From: Styela clava | Taxonomy: Eukaryota | Length of the DNA: 64,000 nucleotides | NCBI RefSeq assembly: GCF_964204865.1 | Contig: NC_135262.1 | Location: 12,214,001 to 12,278,000 of the forward strand | Reading direction: 5' to 3' | The notes under the pieces: model-generated | What the model saw: the letters and a program-made list of their open reading frames with translations, nothing else | Told to the model about the DNA's origin: nothing | The model's database searches: none | In this document: piece after piece, positions 49,301 to 62,038 of the stretch | Layout of the letters: each line of letters begins with the position of its first letter | Numbering within the stretch: position 1 is the stretch's first letter | Made by a program: the position numbers and the translations under genes

Positions 49301-52300
49301 ATACACTTTTGTGTCTTTACTTCCACCAGTGAAATAACATTTTGTTGTCTGCATGAAAAACGTAATTCAAGAAATGATAAAACAGATACATTTAACGCTA
49401 ATGAATATTTCAGGGAATATAAAAAAATTGAAAGTTATGAATTTGGATGTTTTCTTGCATTACGGTGGTATTCATGGGACTTTGAAAAACTTGATTTTAA
49501 TTCGTAGTTTTTCTAGCTTCTTATTTTTTTGACTATAACAAGCTCTGTACCGACAGACAGTGTGCTTGTGAGGGGTTACCGATACTTATTTTATGGCTGT
49601 GATCATGAATTCGAATTCTAAGCTATGTACTTGATTAGATATTTTTGGAAATCTCGATAATTCAAATTATCTTTTTTCAGATGTAAATTACCTATATTTA
49701 TGAAACTAAATCCTGCTATTATCCAATTTTTACTTCCCTTGAAAAGACCTGCAACCCATGCACGAAATACATAACATTGAATTAAAAAAATGGGAAGGTA
49801 ACCAGCTGTATGCATGATGTTCTAGCAATTTAAGCATAAAATTTTGATGCGTTGGTATCATAGTTTATCTCAACCAGGGTGTAATAAATTTTGATATGAA
49901 ATGCCGATCCATGAAGATTATGGTCGTTCGAGAAACAGCAGCGTAGCAGTAGATGCTTATACAGGGATTTGTTCAGAGAGTGAGGTGTGAATAAGGGTAA
50001 TATAACGTTTCATTACTGATTTCAAAACCAGTATTTATTAACGTACCGTTTCGATTCTTGGTGGTTTTCCACTTTTTTCTTTTTTATTCTCATCACCAAC
50101 TCCATAATTAGCAGTACCTCGTACTCTGATGTCTTCCACCATTACTTTTCTACCAGGGATTATAAAACCAAATTCTGTTTTGTACCTGAATGTGAAATAT
50201 AAATTTGATCATAAAGTGGTAACTTGATTATTTGAGGCGAGATTTTGTAAACGATTAATCACTAAATTAAACAGGAAGAGTTTGCAATTTTCAGACTCAT
50301 AAGGATGGATTATAATATGTCAAAGGATGGCTAAATTCTTCATCACATAGCAGAGCGCCTGAAGAAAACACTAAATAACTAACTGGACTGATTCCTCCAA
50401 TCATAAAGCATGGTTGTAGGTACAGTTTAAAGCAAGGGTGTGAATCTTCAATACAGGAGGGCCAGATACAAACAACTGGGTGAAACTGTGGGTCATATTT
50501 AACATAGACTTTCTAGTAATTGCAGGCACAAAAAATCAGGAATGTGAATTGTGTTGTTCGCTTCGCACAAGCTAGCTGTTAGAGCATTGTAACGTCATTT
50601 GCAAATATAATAAATTGCACCCAGGTTTAGATTTTGCAACGCAAAAGGTTTGGAATTACTCGCATGAACCAGATTAAACTTAATTAAAACTCAGTTCCTT
50701 GTGGGCTGCATTTTGCCCATGGTCCACAAGTTGCACACCCCTGATTTAAAACATTAGGCTTGACTATGATTTAACAAAATTTAGAAAATAATATTGTGTT
50801 TAATACCTTGAAGTAAAAGTAGCAAGAAAATCTCCATGAGTTGAAGTGTTTCTCTTCATCATTGTACCCTGGGGTGAACACATCAATGCACAGTCAGTAC
50901 CGTCATATTTTAGGTTCAGAAAAGGCTCACAATTGATCTGATCTTCCTTAAATCCTTGACTTAATAATTCTTCTGTACATTGTTTAATCAAACTTTCAAG
51001 TTGGGAATCAATGGACGATACATTTTCTGTTAAAAGAGAAGATAACAATCAGAAATGATTAGTTGCCATCTTCTAGGTTCCAATTGTGCTTAAAAAGCAA
51101 CTGGCTTGGGTCAATTCAGATCAAATTACATCCATGCATCTGAAACAAAAAGCTGTTTTACCTTAGCCCATACTCGGCATGGATGGTAACAGGGTAAGAG
51201 GCCATGTTTCGCGATATAATTCGGCCATATCATAGGATTTCCTCTTCCCAAGGATAAAATATAAATTTCTATCCTAAAAATTATCATATTCCTTTTGCCA
51301 ATTCCAAGTTAAGTGCATAATTGAGGTATCAATTCATGTCATTTGCCATCTGTATTATAATCAACATAAAAATCTATGATATTTTTAAAATCAGAGAGCG
51401 ATAAGACCATTTGCATGTACAACATACGGCAATTGCCTAGGTCTAATAACGATTTCAAAACCTCGCTGATGCCAAACAAGCGCTGTTTTCTCATTAGTGC
51501 ATATTTGAAATAATTTCTGGAGAAATAATGTTATGTTAAATTAAATTTAATTTTTTAGTCATAAAAGTGCTAAATGCCATTTAGATAAAGGCTGGGAACG
51601 ACTGGCTTAGGTTTTTGAATATACACTACAATGACCATTATATATCACTCTCAATCTCATCCATGAATAAAAGTAAAAACCTTGTTCAAGGTTAAAATGG
51701 CACAGAAATCTGTATTTATCAATAAAATTTGGAGATGAAATGTCCAAATTTTGTCTTATTATTACAATAATCATTTACAAAAACTGATAATCACTGTCAA
51801 CTTCATTGTACTATTATTTCTTGGCATTTTTTATAAATTCCATAAAACCATATTCTCTTTCTCATCCCACCTTTGCTATATTCACATAAAGCAGGAGTTT
51901 GTGCTTCATGGACTACGTCAGCAAGTGCCATCCCATATGCAGATAAAATACCAGAGTATCTGAAATATAAGTTCAAGATGTTAAATAATGAAAATCTTTA
52001 ACTGTATAAATATGAAAACAAAAATCTTTTTATATGAAGCTTGTTCGTGCTTTCTGCTCCGAACAAGGCCCTGTAAAGCAGTCACAGATAATCAAATTCA
52101 CATAGCTATTATTTTGGAATGATTGTTCACTTTTTTATGTGTATTGTCTACCCAATTTTTGCAACATGGGTGGCAGCCGGATGGGCATGGAATTTAAACT
52201 CGAGATGAGTAATGTACAACGCTAAAATGATTGAGTCTAACATTTTTTTGCAACTTCAGACATCCAGCCGGGCCAAACAAAAAATTTAGATTTTGCTCTG

Positions 52301-55300
52301 GGAAAGGAAAGAGAAGAGAATGCATCTTTTACATAGCCTCGCAGTAATAAAGGCACCGAGAAAAACGGTGAAAAAGTTAAGGGCAAGAGAAAAAGACATT
52401 GAGAATTTTAACCCACGTGGGCGACTTTCTAAACATAAACTGTCGGATTCGATCCTATGCTTGATGGGCAAAAATCCGAGTGTTGACAAGGACCACACGA
52501 AATGGCTTGGTGGTCTGGATTCTTAAAGGATTAAGATATTACTTGTGTATGTAAACTTTTGACATTCCCAAAGATCTTGCAATAGCACAGGCATGTTGTC
52601 CTCCTGCTCCTCCAAAACATGCAAGTACATGACGTGAAGTATCATGTCCCTTCGCCTGAAATGCAAATGATAAAATTGGTTTAAAATTAATTTATGCAGC
52701 GTCTAATTGGGTCTACTTACTAAACTAAATTTAAAGTTTGGTCAAGTAGAAAGCCCAGAAACAGAAAAATAGGAGATGAACCAATCAAAGCAGTTTAACA
52801 TTTATATAAATATATATATACACTTACTGTGGTAATTTGTGTTAAAATCTAGATAAAACAATTATTAAATTTAACCCTGCTGACGTTATCACTTAAAGTC
52901 ATTCTTTCTCTTCAAAGTCATATTGCTTTATTAGGAAGCTAGGCCCATATTTCAGCTGATGACAGATATTAACACTACAGACTTGTGTGTATGGGTGTTA
53001 AGTTCCTCACATACCATGTCAACGACATAGTCTAGTAGTTAGGCTTAACTGTAATACCATCGCAGCACAAAATTATGTGCCAACACCTACACCCGGGGTA
53101 TAATAAATTGGGTAGGCAATGACAAACCGTAAAGATTTCTGTCCTCCCAAATTATAACAGCTCCTTACCTAGCTGTGTTTGCTTATACAGAGCCTTGTCC
53201 ATGGTTTTAAATTCCTCATAAAAAAAAGTCATCTAGTAGAAAATTTAGAGGAACCACTGATAATCATAATTAAGATCTCACAAAAAACTGACAAAATGAA
53301 AAAATCTCACCTGTGTGAGGGCTCTAATTGGTCGACACATAGATTCGTTTGCAACTTCTATAAAACCCATTGCTACTTCTTCGATGGAGAGTTGGGTATG
53401 GCTTGAATTTTGTGACTTCATGAACTGATTCACTTCTTTGGTCATCTCAGTAAATTTTTGTCTTGTTACAGCAATATCAAGTGCTTCATTCTCCTTTGGT
53501 CCAAAGATTTTTGGGAAATGACTGGAATTTCAAAAAAGAATGACAGCATAAACAACAAATCAACAATTATGTAATTTATGTAGCTAATTTATGATGATGA
53601 ACTATTGTGGAATAACATATAGCAATTTTAATATGTGGTGAGAGTCATTACCTTGGTAAAAGTCGTCCAAGACATAGATTGGCATCAGTGACAGTCAAGG
53701 GACCACCTGAAATGAAAATAAGATCAACATTATACCTGGTACTTGAACGGCAATTCATAATAAAGCTTCAAGTACCCGATATCCACTTTTATATTGACAT
53801 TTCAGCGATATATATGTGATGTTTAAAATTATGGCAAACTGAACTCGTTTCACAACATTTTCATATATAAATTCACTAAAGCCGCAGTGAACATCTTTGA
53901 TTAGGACAAAGATGAAGCGAGAAAAAATCTGCCCAAAATGAATTCAGCATTCAAATAAAATAGTTTGGTGGTCATAGCAATCGCTGGTCAGTTATGGTTC
54001 TCCCCACCATCAGATCAAATCGTTGCTTTTAAAGCAAATAACTAAATTATTATTCCCATAGATTAGTAACCAAATGAGAGTATATGGTTCGTCATATGAT
54101 TAAGCTGTATTAACGCCTTTTCTGTCTACCGGGAAGAAATATAAAAAAAAAACGGTGCTCCAGAAGTATGCGCACCAAGATGTCGCACAACCTGAATCCT
54201 AACCGGTACACACATACTATGTTCAGGATGTGCGCCATCCTGGTGCGCATACTTCTGGGAGGTCCAAAAAAACTCCTATCCCATGTTACCAAATATGTTA
54301 ATCACCCTGTGACGTGCAAACATTGATTCTATTCATATTACTCTGCTTACCTTTCTTGTAACAAGCAGGACCAGGATGAGCACCAGCTGACTCGGGACCA
54401 ACAACAAACAATCCACTACGGAAAAACAACATCGATCCCCCTCCTGCTGCTACAGTGTTAATGTCCAACTGTAATAAACACAATTAGTGGTTTACAAAAA
54501 TTTGATTTTCAATAGATTTGCATAGAATTTTATAATTCAACCATTCAAGAGTCCATTTATATGTCTGTAGCTCTGAATAAGGATCTGCACAAGCGGCTAC
54601 TCATATGTGGAGAGCTGTTTCATTTAGAAAGAACTGGAACCTTTTCCACCCTGGGTGAGGTGGTGGGCATGGGATTTGAACCCATAATTTTAATCTGTGT
54701 GATGAAATTGAATCAGCGCCACCTAATGTGGCCAACGTGGCACCATCGCCGAAGGATTAATAGTATATCAACATTAATAGTTGCGTGACAAAGCGAGGGT
54801 TTTATTTGGTTAGCGCTCGTCAAGCTTACTATACCTTGTAAATTGTTTTTTTCTTATTTTAGCATAGCAGTAATGTTCAAGTTTATAAAAGCCTAGAAAA
54901 CAGTCTGAAAAGTTTGCCTTGAATGGTTTCACTACAATGTAGTCATCGTAGTTAAGCCTAACTGTCACTATTGTTACATAGGAATAACAAATGGTTAAAC
55001 AAATGAAACCTTTATATTCATATCACTGCACAGTAGAAATGAAACTGGAAATACCTGAGGTGCTTGGATTGTAACTCCAGCAGTTGTTGTTTCAAAAATA
55101 TGTTCATATTGTCCAGCGTATCTACTAACATCAGTCGATGTACCTGGGCAACACAGAACTCAAGTTACTTATCGCCGTGCTAAGCGTTAGAAATACGCTC
55201 CCCACCGCACCTCTGATTACCCTGCGTGGGTTCGCAGGATCGAATCCCATGCAGGTATAGTTATATGAGAGAGGATTGCTGGACTCCTCGCCGCCATAGG

Positions 55301-58300
55301 GAGATTTACATAATCAACTGGTCAGTTACTGGTCCACCATCAAGTCCGTGTATCCGAAAACAAATAACTGGCTAACTAATCTCATACCCGAGATGGACTG
55401 GAAACCGGACAAGAGGCCGTCGTTCGCCATATTGGCTTTAAGTCATCTTATCAGATATCTTCTCCCCCTGGATAAATATGTAAATCTTATCCTTATTGTT
55501 TCGATAAAAGCTTTCCAAATAAAAACATAATGAATAAAATCAGATATACCTCCCATATCAAAACCAATAACAGGTAACTTATTTTCATCAGAATAAGCCG
55601 TCAATGCATAACCAACAACTCCTCCTGCTGGTCCTGATAATATTGCTTTACTTCCAGTAAATCTAAAAAATACTGTTGATTTTATTTTATTCCTAAAAAA
55701 TGAAAATTGTACTTACCGGTAATACTATTAAGGAAAAGATATGAAGTGTTAGAATGGCTTGTCTGTTCAAAACCTATTGTATTTCATAAAAGACTGATCG
55801 AAGTATTATACAGTTGTACCTCGGTAGTCGAACGACTCGATACTCAAACAATTCGGTAGTCGACCAAAAGATCCTAGTCAAAAATGTTGCGGTAATCGAA
55901 CAGAAATTCGAGCACGCCGTCGAGTAGGATGACATTACATGAACTGCGTGTCTCGTCGGCCTCTTGACCAAAACGTTGCAATACTCGAACAAATCGGTCA
56001 TCGAACACCAATTCGAAATGAATAACGTTAGACTATCTGTGTAAATATTTTAATTTTTCCAGTTCCACATGCTAATTTTTTTTATACGACGCCTATCGCT
56101 CCAAACAAGGCCTTACAAATGCTTCCACTGATATTTAATGCTATATAAAGAGTTACTATTATGGCATTTGGAAGAACTGAACTCTTTCCAGTTTGGCATT
56201 GCCAACCCAATTTATTACACCCTGAAGGAAGTGGGGGCAGGGGTGTGGGGTATTTGAAATTTCTAATTGCCAAGTTAGACCGCAACAGCTAGCAGGTGGG
56301 TTTTCAAGAGTCTTTAGGGTCTAAAAAGCTATGAAAATTGCTCTTTATGATACAGGGGGGTCGTTTCCCCGGCTGCAGCCCTTGTGGGGCATGAGATTTA
56401 AAAAAAAAAGATGGAACCCTGGCCCAGACATTGTATAAAAAATACCAATAAACAACATACTTGTCAACAGGAGTGAGGCCGCCATCTGACTGCATAAATA
56501 ATAGTTTCACATCTTTCAAATTTTCATCAAATCCAGACTGGAATCCATTGAGATATTGTTTAATACAGGGAGTGAGATAAGCATCAACACAAGCTAAAAC
56601 AAAACAAATACAAGTTCATGTACCTCGGTTACTTCGATAATACAGTATCAAGAACATCATGTAGGCTACACCAATTAATGGATCTCCGCTCTAGGAGACC
56701 CTTATTCTTAGTCGCTGTGTCCATCTGTTTATCTGTTTGGCTGTACCGTCTAAATGGTTGGGCCGATTTGATTGAAATTTCTCACTTAGGTTATGCTGAC
56801 ACCCTAGTAATGTGTGTTTCTCTCAAAGTCCTAATAGATATTTCGTTTCCATGGCAGCAGCAAAAACACGATGATCGTTAAAAAATTTCCATTTTTTGTA
56901 ATAATTTTTCGTTATTTATACGTCAACCAAGTCGATTATTGAAATTTCAAGAATGCTATCCTTCATGGAAGAAAAACTAGACCGAACAAGCCGTCTTTCA
57001 TCTCGATAGTCCATAAACTGACAAAGCTTACGGATTTTAGTGAACCTTTTTTTCGAATATCAGCCACAGGAAAAGTTTCACAGAAAGGTAACTACGAAAT
57101 GTCCAGCGCTTAAAATGAACTGTCACTATTGGTACAATTCTCTCTGCGCAATATTGTTAGCGTCGTTGGCGGATTCCCCTGCATTGGCAGAGAAGTATAC
57201 TGGGCACCTTACTGGCTTGTGTAAATAATATATATATCAATATCCTAATACCTGTGAATCCTCTTGAAACAATTTTCACCATTGGCATTACGACAGATGA
57301 TAAAGAAACCTGAGTAAAGCCCATCTCAGTTGCAATTTCACCAACCTTCCTTTCATGATTAGGATACCTTCGACGATAAAATGTGGGATGAAAAATAGGT
57401 ATTTTTAAATGATTATTAAAAGTTTAAAAGACAACTACATTAAAGAAGGCAATTTTCATTTCAAAGAGTAGCCTATATAGTTGACCTGAACTATTTCAGT
57501 ACACAGAAGGATGTAAGGATATTAAATACTTAATGATTATATATTGAAATAATATTTTATAATATCAGGTATATTGTCTGTCAAAGAGTAGTGTAATAAT
57601 TTTACACAATATCGAAATATTATTTCGGAATCCAATTAATGAGGGATAGCTGCAAAAATATATGCATTCCAAACAAGATTTCAGTCACTCAAATAAATGG
57701 TAAAAGGACCAGAATTGTTAAAAACACCATAATTTCATTCAATAATATAGCAAATCAGCAAATTCAAAATGATAGATTTGGTATAAAACTATTATTTTTT
57801 ATTATAAAAATTCAGGGGACCTCCTGAAGTATGCGTACCAAGATGGCGCACAACCTGAACTCAAGTTGTGTACCAGGTTAGGGTTCAGGTTATGCGACAT
57901 CTTGGTGCGCATACTCCAGGAGCACCAATTCAGGCATTAAATCAGCATCAATGTTTCCAGTTAATGACAAGGCTAGAACATCCAAAATGACATTTCTTGA
58001 ATGTAATTTTGTTCAATGTGGAATATTGATCTTAAAATTGAAGGGAAACGTTTCATTTCCTATGTAGTTTGAAATACAATGAATCATAAGGCTTGACGTC
58101 TGAAAATATTTTGCACTGGATTATAAAAAGAAATTTTGGTGGGCGAATAAAAAAAATCGGATTCACAAAGCAAAGGTAATTGACTAATTTGATGAAATCC
58201 TTTGATCATTGAATAAATAATTCTCTAACTTACAAGTATGAATGCATCAAGACTACTGCAAGACTTTTAATTCCTTTATCTAATACAGATTGAAGATCTT

Positions 58301-58892
58301 TGCGTAATGTGACTTCATCGACCTCTTGCGTAACATGTAACTAAAATGAATGAAACAGCGGGAATGAACATGACTACACTATGTAATACAAGAGTTATGA
58401 GTATCTATCATCTGGCCTTGTCAGACTTCCTCAGACAAGCATTATAACAGCGTTGCTCGGAACGAAATGGTCAAATAAATACCTGAATTATACTAATTTG
58501 ATTTTTAGTAATTCCGAATTCATTTTTCTTCAAATTTTTTGCTCCAAAATTTGAGATTTTTCAAGATTTTTTTATTCAATGAATAGATGATATCATTGTT
58601 ATCATGTATACCTAATCATGTTATTAATCTCCTCTTCAAATTTCATTATGTCATTGATGCCTGAACGCCGAGACAATATTCTCAGTGTGAACATAGAAGA
58701 TTATTCCGTTTCAAGGTTCAATTTCTCATGAAAATGGTAATATTCATTCTAATAAATCAAACTAACCTTTTCATCAGTATGTTCACCGCGAATTGGTTCA
58801 TTCAATCCTAATTCACAATGTTTTTGATGAAGTATTATCCTCTCATCAACTTCAACTAATTCTTCATAAAGAACATCAGGTATTTCAATTTT
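40313..58892 (-). CDS. OPLAH: 5-oxoprolinase (ATP-hydrolysing), 5'-partial: 29 exons, 1185 aa in the window; roughly the first 120 aa lie beyond 64000
   Basis: Exons: 58892-58767, 58340-58234, 57367-57252, 56593-56461, 55662-55550, 55143-55055, 54468-54351, 53706-53652, 53521-53311, 52655-52543, 51959-51871, 51026-50807, 50185-50047, 49348-49189, 48802-48715, 48351-48285, 47898-47788, 47383-47282, 46564-46390, 45626-45514, 45085-44947, 44235-44141, 43508-43374, 43234-43085, 42044-41970, 41837-41755, 41583-41423, 41131-41034, 40489-40313. Motifs: [109 protein letters not shown]. Confidence 0.97.
40675..40820 (+). repeat. Dispersed repeat family D (probable second SINE family)
   Basis: Core gtgtaataaattgggtaggcaatg recurs near 40748, 43798, 49876 and 53097, and in reverse near 13332 and 56195. 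Confidence 0.55.
42181..42488. mobile_element. hAT-type MITE with perfect TSD
   Basis: Perfect 8-bp TSD gtttagag (42173-42180 and 42489-42496). The body is the reverse complement of 45886-46165. Confidence 0.85.
45886..46165. mobile_element. hAT-type MITE, inverted truncated copy of 42181-42488
   Basis: cagacatgggcaaactacaggccgcagg ... gaaaatattgttcataaaatgtaactttt ... gcaaaatttttggccc aligns in reverse with the 42181 copy. Confidence 0.75.
46678..46946. mobile_element. hAT (Buster/Charlie-like) MITE, copy 2
   Basis: TIRs cagtggttctcaaa / tttgagaaccacta; perfect TSD atctatgc (46670-46677 and 46947-46954); body similar to 2845-3142. Confidence 0.9.
47603..47735 (-). mobile_element. SINE family A, 3' part
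   Basis: ggataggatttacatatttattccggggga...gataagacagcttaatcatatggcgaaccacggcctctcgtccggttaccagtccat is the reverse complement of the 3' end of 55172-55494. Confidence 0.7.
50433..50743. mobile_element. hAT-type MITE
   Basis: Ends caagggtgtgaa / ttgcacacccctg; flanks gtttaaag / atttaaaa (6/8 match). Confidence 0.6.
54157..54264. mobile_element. Palindromic MITE family B, copy 3
   Basis: gctccagaagtatgcgcaccaagatgtcgcacaacctgaa ... gtgcgccatcctggtgcgcatacttctgggaggtc. Confidence 0.85.
55172..55494 (+). mobile_element. tRNA-derived SINE family A, near full-length copy
   Basis: tRNA-like head (gctaagcgttag...gggttcgcaggatcgaatccc), a central core, and a 3' tail ggataaatatgtaaatcttatcc. Further fragments lie near 7177, 14960, 31320, 38055, 41170, 47603, 51160, 53975, 54580 and 59060. 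Confidence 0.75.
55809..56043. mobile_element. Tigger/pogo-like MITE remnant
   Basis: Begins ta-cagttgtacctcggtagtcgaac with repeated tcgaac/tcgac motifs; CpG-rich within a CpG-poor intron; right end degenerate. Confidence 0.45.
56700..57222 (+). mobile_element. Probable DINE-1/HINE-like element
   Basis: 5' degenerate microsatellite gtccatctgtttatctgtttggctgt, a ggccgatttgattgaaattt core, and a 3' end ggcttgt; inferred from structure only. Confidence 0.35.
57818..57923. mobile_element. Palindromic MITE family B, copy 4
   Basis: gacctcctgaagtatgcgtaccaagatggcgcacaacctgaac ... gttcaggttatgcgacatcttggtgcgcatactccaggagc. Confidence 0.85.
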
Positions 58893-59623
58893 CTGAATTC
58901 ATATTTTAAGCAATTTCAGTATTTTTCAATTCTCCATGCACTCACTTTGAAGTGAAAAATCTGCGGTTGGCGCATTGTATTGAGTGCTAGGAATATGCCT
59001 GCCATCATTACCTGTGTTTATCCCACCACAAGCTCTCATTTTGAAAATTCTGTGGCACATGGAGAATAATAATGTTCAAGAGAGTTGCTCATCTTCATGT
59101 CGCCATAGGGTGGTTCCCGAAACTCCATTAAGTCCATGCATTTGAAACTGATTAACTACTCCCATACCCGAGATGAACTGGTCAATTGATGAGAGGCCGT
59201 GGCTTGCCATCATATGATTGACCATTCTTCTCAACTTTCCCCACCCCTGGGATAAATCTCAAAAAAGAAAGTCACAATCTCTAAATCAGTGGTTCTTAAA
59301 CTTTTTGAGCCGTGCCCCCCTTTGAAAAATCGTACAGATTTCGCGCCCCCCCCCCCCTAAATTGAGGCACAAACATGCATTCAACGAAACAAGATTTTAT
59401 TCACAAATAACGTCAATGAGAGGGGTGAATCTGTTTTTGCGAAACAAGTAATTTAATTCGAGGAACTGTAGCAGATAACGCACATCTCATATCTGATTCA
59501 CATTGAAGTTTATTCCGTTGTTTTGGCTTTATATTCACCAGAGTAGAAAACCCGCTTTCACAAAGGTAGGTAGATGAAAACGGAAGCAGAGTGCGTATTG
59601 CTACGCTACCTACTCTCTTATAT

Positions 59624-62038
59624 CGACGCATGAAATCCAAACTGGGCTAAGTCCATTTTTCTAGTTTTGAGAAAAACGCAAAAAACGTTTTTTTTTTTGT
59701 TTCTTTTTTTTATTTCTCTAATACCTTACATCGAGGATGTCTAGTTTTTATGGTCCACCAAAGTTACAATGAAGGCCATATTTGAGTGGTATAAAAAAAT
59801 TTGTGTTGCCCCCCAAATTTTTTTGGGGGGGAGTTTTTTGGACCTGGGCCATTTTTTGCTCTCGATTTTCTCAACCAGAATTTTTTTATTGGACTTAGGG
59901 CCCCTTTATTATGCTATTATAAAGGCAACTTGTCATTGATAAACGTCAATAATTCCCTTTTACAATGTTTTTGACACTTTTTGTGAGCTTATCTCCACGT
60001 TAGAAAATATTTCTGCTCCTGAATCTTGCTGACAATAGTTATCTAGCATCCAATTTTTATCAGACTGCTATTGCTACTGATTACTGCATTTTTTATATTA
60101 TATTCCTTCTCATAACCATTGCCAACTAAATTACTAAACAAAGTTAAGAAAGAAACTGTTGTAAATTCTCAATCAGGAATGGTCAAAAAAAATAAAAAAA
60201 AATTAAATCAAGCCCAATATGTAAAACTGTTTTAAATTATTTTAATTTTACAAAAGTTTGAGCTAGTGTTTCTGCTCATGAAATCTAACTTTCATCAATT
60301 ACTGGAAGCAATTCGTAGAATGCCTTGTGGTTTGTAGGGATTAAATTCTTATTACATAATGTTGTCAAACTCTTGTATTTCTCCCTGCTGACTCTTTTAT
60401 ATTCTGTCTTTTTTGTGTTGCTGGTCTTGCTGACTTTAGAACCAAAGAGTTCTAAAAGAGCTCCTCACCGAATGGGCTGTGTCATTCTCATTTTGAGAAT
60501 GACCTGTAATTAGAAAATTAAGTGTTATTTCATCGAAATGCAGCTCCTCTATAGCATAGAGTAACATCACAATCATAGCTCTGTTATTATTTTGTCCACT
60601 GCAGCGGTCACAGAAAAGTTGCACAGTCTTCACTGCTGTGGTGAGAGAGGACAGGTATCAAAACACTGCAGTCGCTATTTTACAAGAGCTTTTTCACCCT
60701 TATACTTCATTCCAAAGATAGCAACTCTTGTGCATGGACTGAATGTCAGTTACTGTAAAGTTGAAATTTTTCAGCATTTGTGTGTAGTAAAAGGAGGACA
60801 CTTGTCCACAAAGACAAAGAAGAGTTTTCTGAAGGTCAAAAGCTGCCACATGAAGTGAAGAATCTGTTGTGGTTTTTTCTTTCATTTCCCTCTTCATTGA
60901 ACGCACCATGTCCTTTTCTTGGATATGCTTAGTTTGATTTTCGAAATCTTCGTCAGTCAATAGAGATTTTTGCATTTTTTGAAAGCTGAAAGCATTGATC
61001 ACACACATCTATTTTAGGTCGGTGAAATTTAAGATTGAATTTTTCATTGGATATGCGTAAATAAAAATCATATGATTCAACTGCAGAGCTATTTTCTTCG
61101 CACCAAATCTCATATATTTCATACATTTGTCGTACAGTCAGATACTCATGAAGATATTCCCACTGACTGTCTTTTCTCAAATAATGTGATTCAACAACTG
61201 GAAACAATTTTATATGAGTTATAAATGGCTCCTGCCTTTCCCTGGTGACTTTGTTGTGGTCACCATATCTTCCTCACATATCTTTCTCCAGTGAACCAGT
61301 GATGTTTCCACCCTTTTCTTGCTTATATTCGGGGGAATCTAAAAAAAGTTATTACACACTTGCACCAACTCGTTGCTTTCTGGATTTAAAAAAGTGTAGA
61401 CTCTGTTGACTTCCTGATTACGTTTTTGATCAGTCTTAGTATCTTTTCTCGGACTGCATCTCATTTTTTGTATGTACTGAGACAATCATATTCTGGTTAG
61501 ATTTCTTATCAGATGGGATATCGTAACTGAGTAAAGTCTTCTGGCTGGTTCACACTTTGCTTGGCTTTGCTTGAAAGATATATTTCCGACTCGAAAATTC
61601 CATAATTATGTAAATTTTAATAATTTAAAAACAGCAGTTGGAAAGTGGTTATGGCAATGAATTATAACTTTCTCATTCCCTCTACTGTAAACATAAAAAA
61701 CAGCTAACACTGAGCTATGACTGAGAGCTGGTATGGACTTAGCGCTTTCTATTATATTTAACTCAAATTTTTGGGAGGAGCTATGTCCAAAAAACGGACT
61801 TAGCACCGACTTACAATGCAGTTATCCAGAGCTAAGTCCACTATAGCAGACACAGCTCTGTTTAGTTCTCAAATGCCCTAAAAAAAGCAGGGTTATGTCC
61901 ATAGCTATCTTGAGATCTAGAGCACCTAGAGATAAGGCAAATAGACCAAAATGTAGAGCTAAGTCCAGGAAAATCAGCAGTTGGAAAATGTCGTTTTTGG
62001 GAAAAGTGGACTTAGCACTGTTTGGTTTTGATGCGTCG
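59624..62038 (-). mobile_element. Sola1-like DNA transposon nested in the hAT transposase
   Basis: About 38-bp imperfect TIRs cgacgcatgaaatccaaactgggctaagtccatttttc / gaaaagtggacttagcactgtttggttttgatgcgtcg; 4-bp TSD ATAT (59620-59623 and 62039-62042). Confidence 0.85.
60260..61560 (-). pseudogene. Decayed Sola-type DDD transposase
   Basis: Frameshifted fragments carry FPVVESHY, FNLKFHRPKIDVCDQC, AFDLQKTL...FYY, FCDRCSGQNNN and FLITGHSQNENDTAHS, the motif series of Sola transposases. Boundaries are approximate. Confidence 0.75.

Noticed and set aside
55172-55250. tRNA gene suggested by A/B-box-like sequence (also at 7177-7262 and 38120-38205)
   Set aside because: No complete cloverleaf, and it continues into a shared dispersed core and tail, so these are SINE heads.
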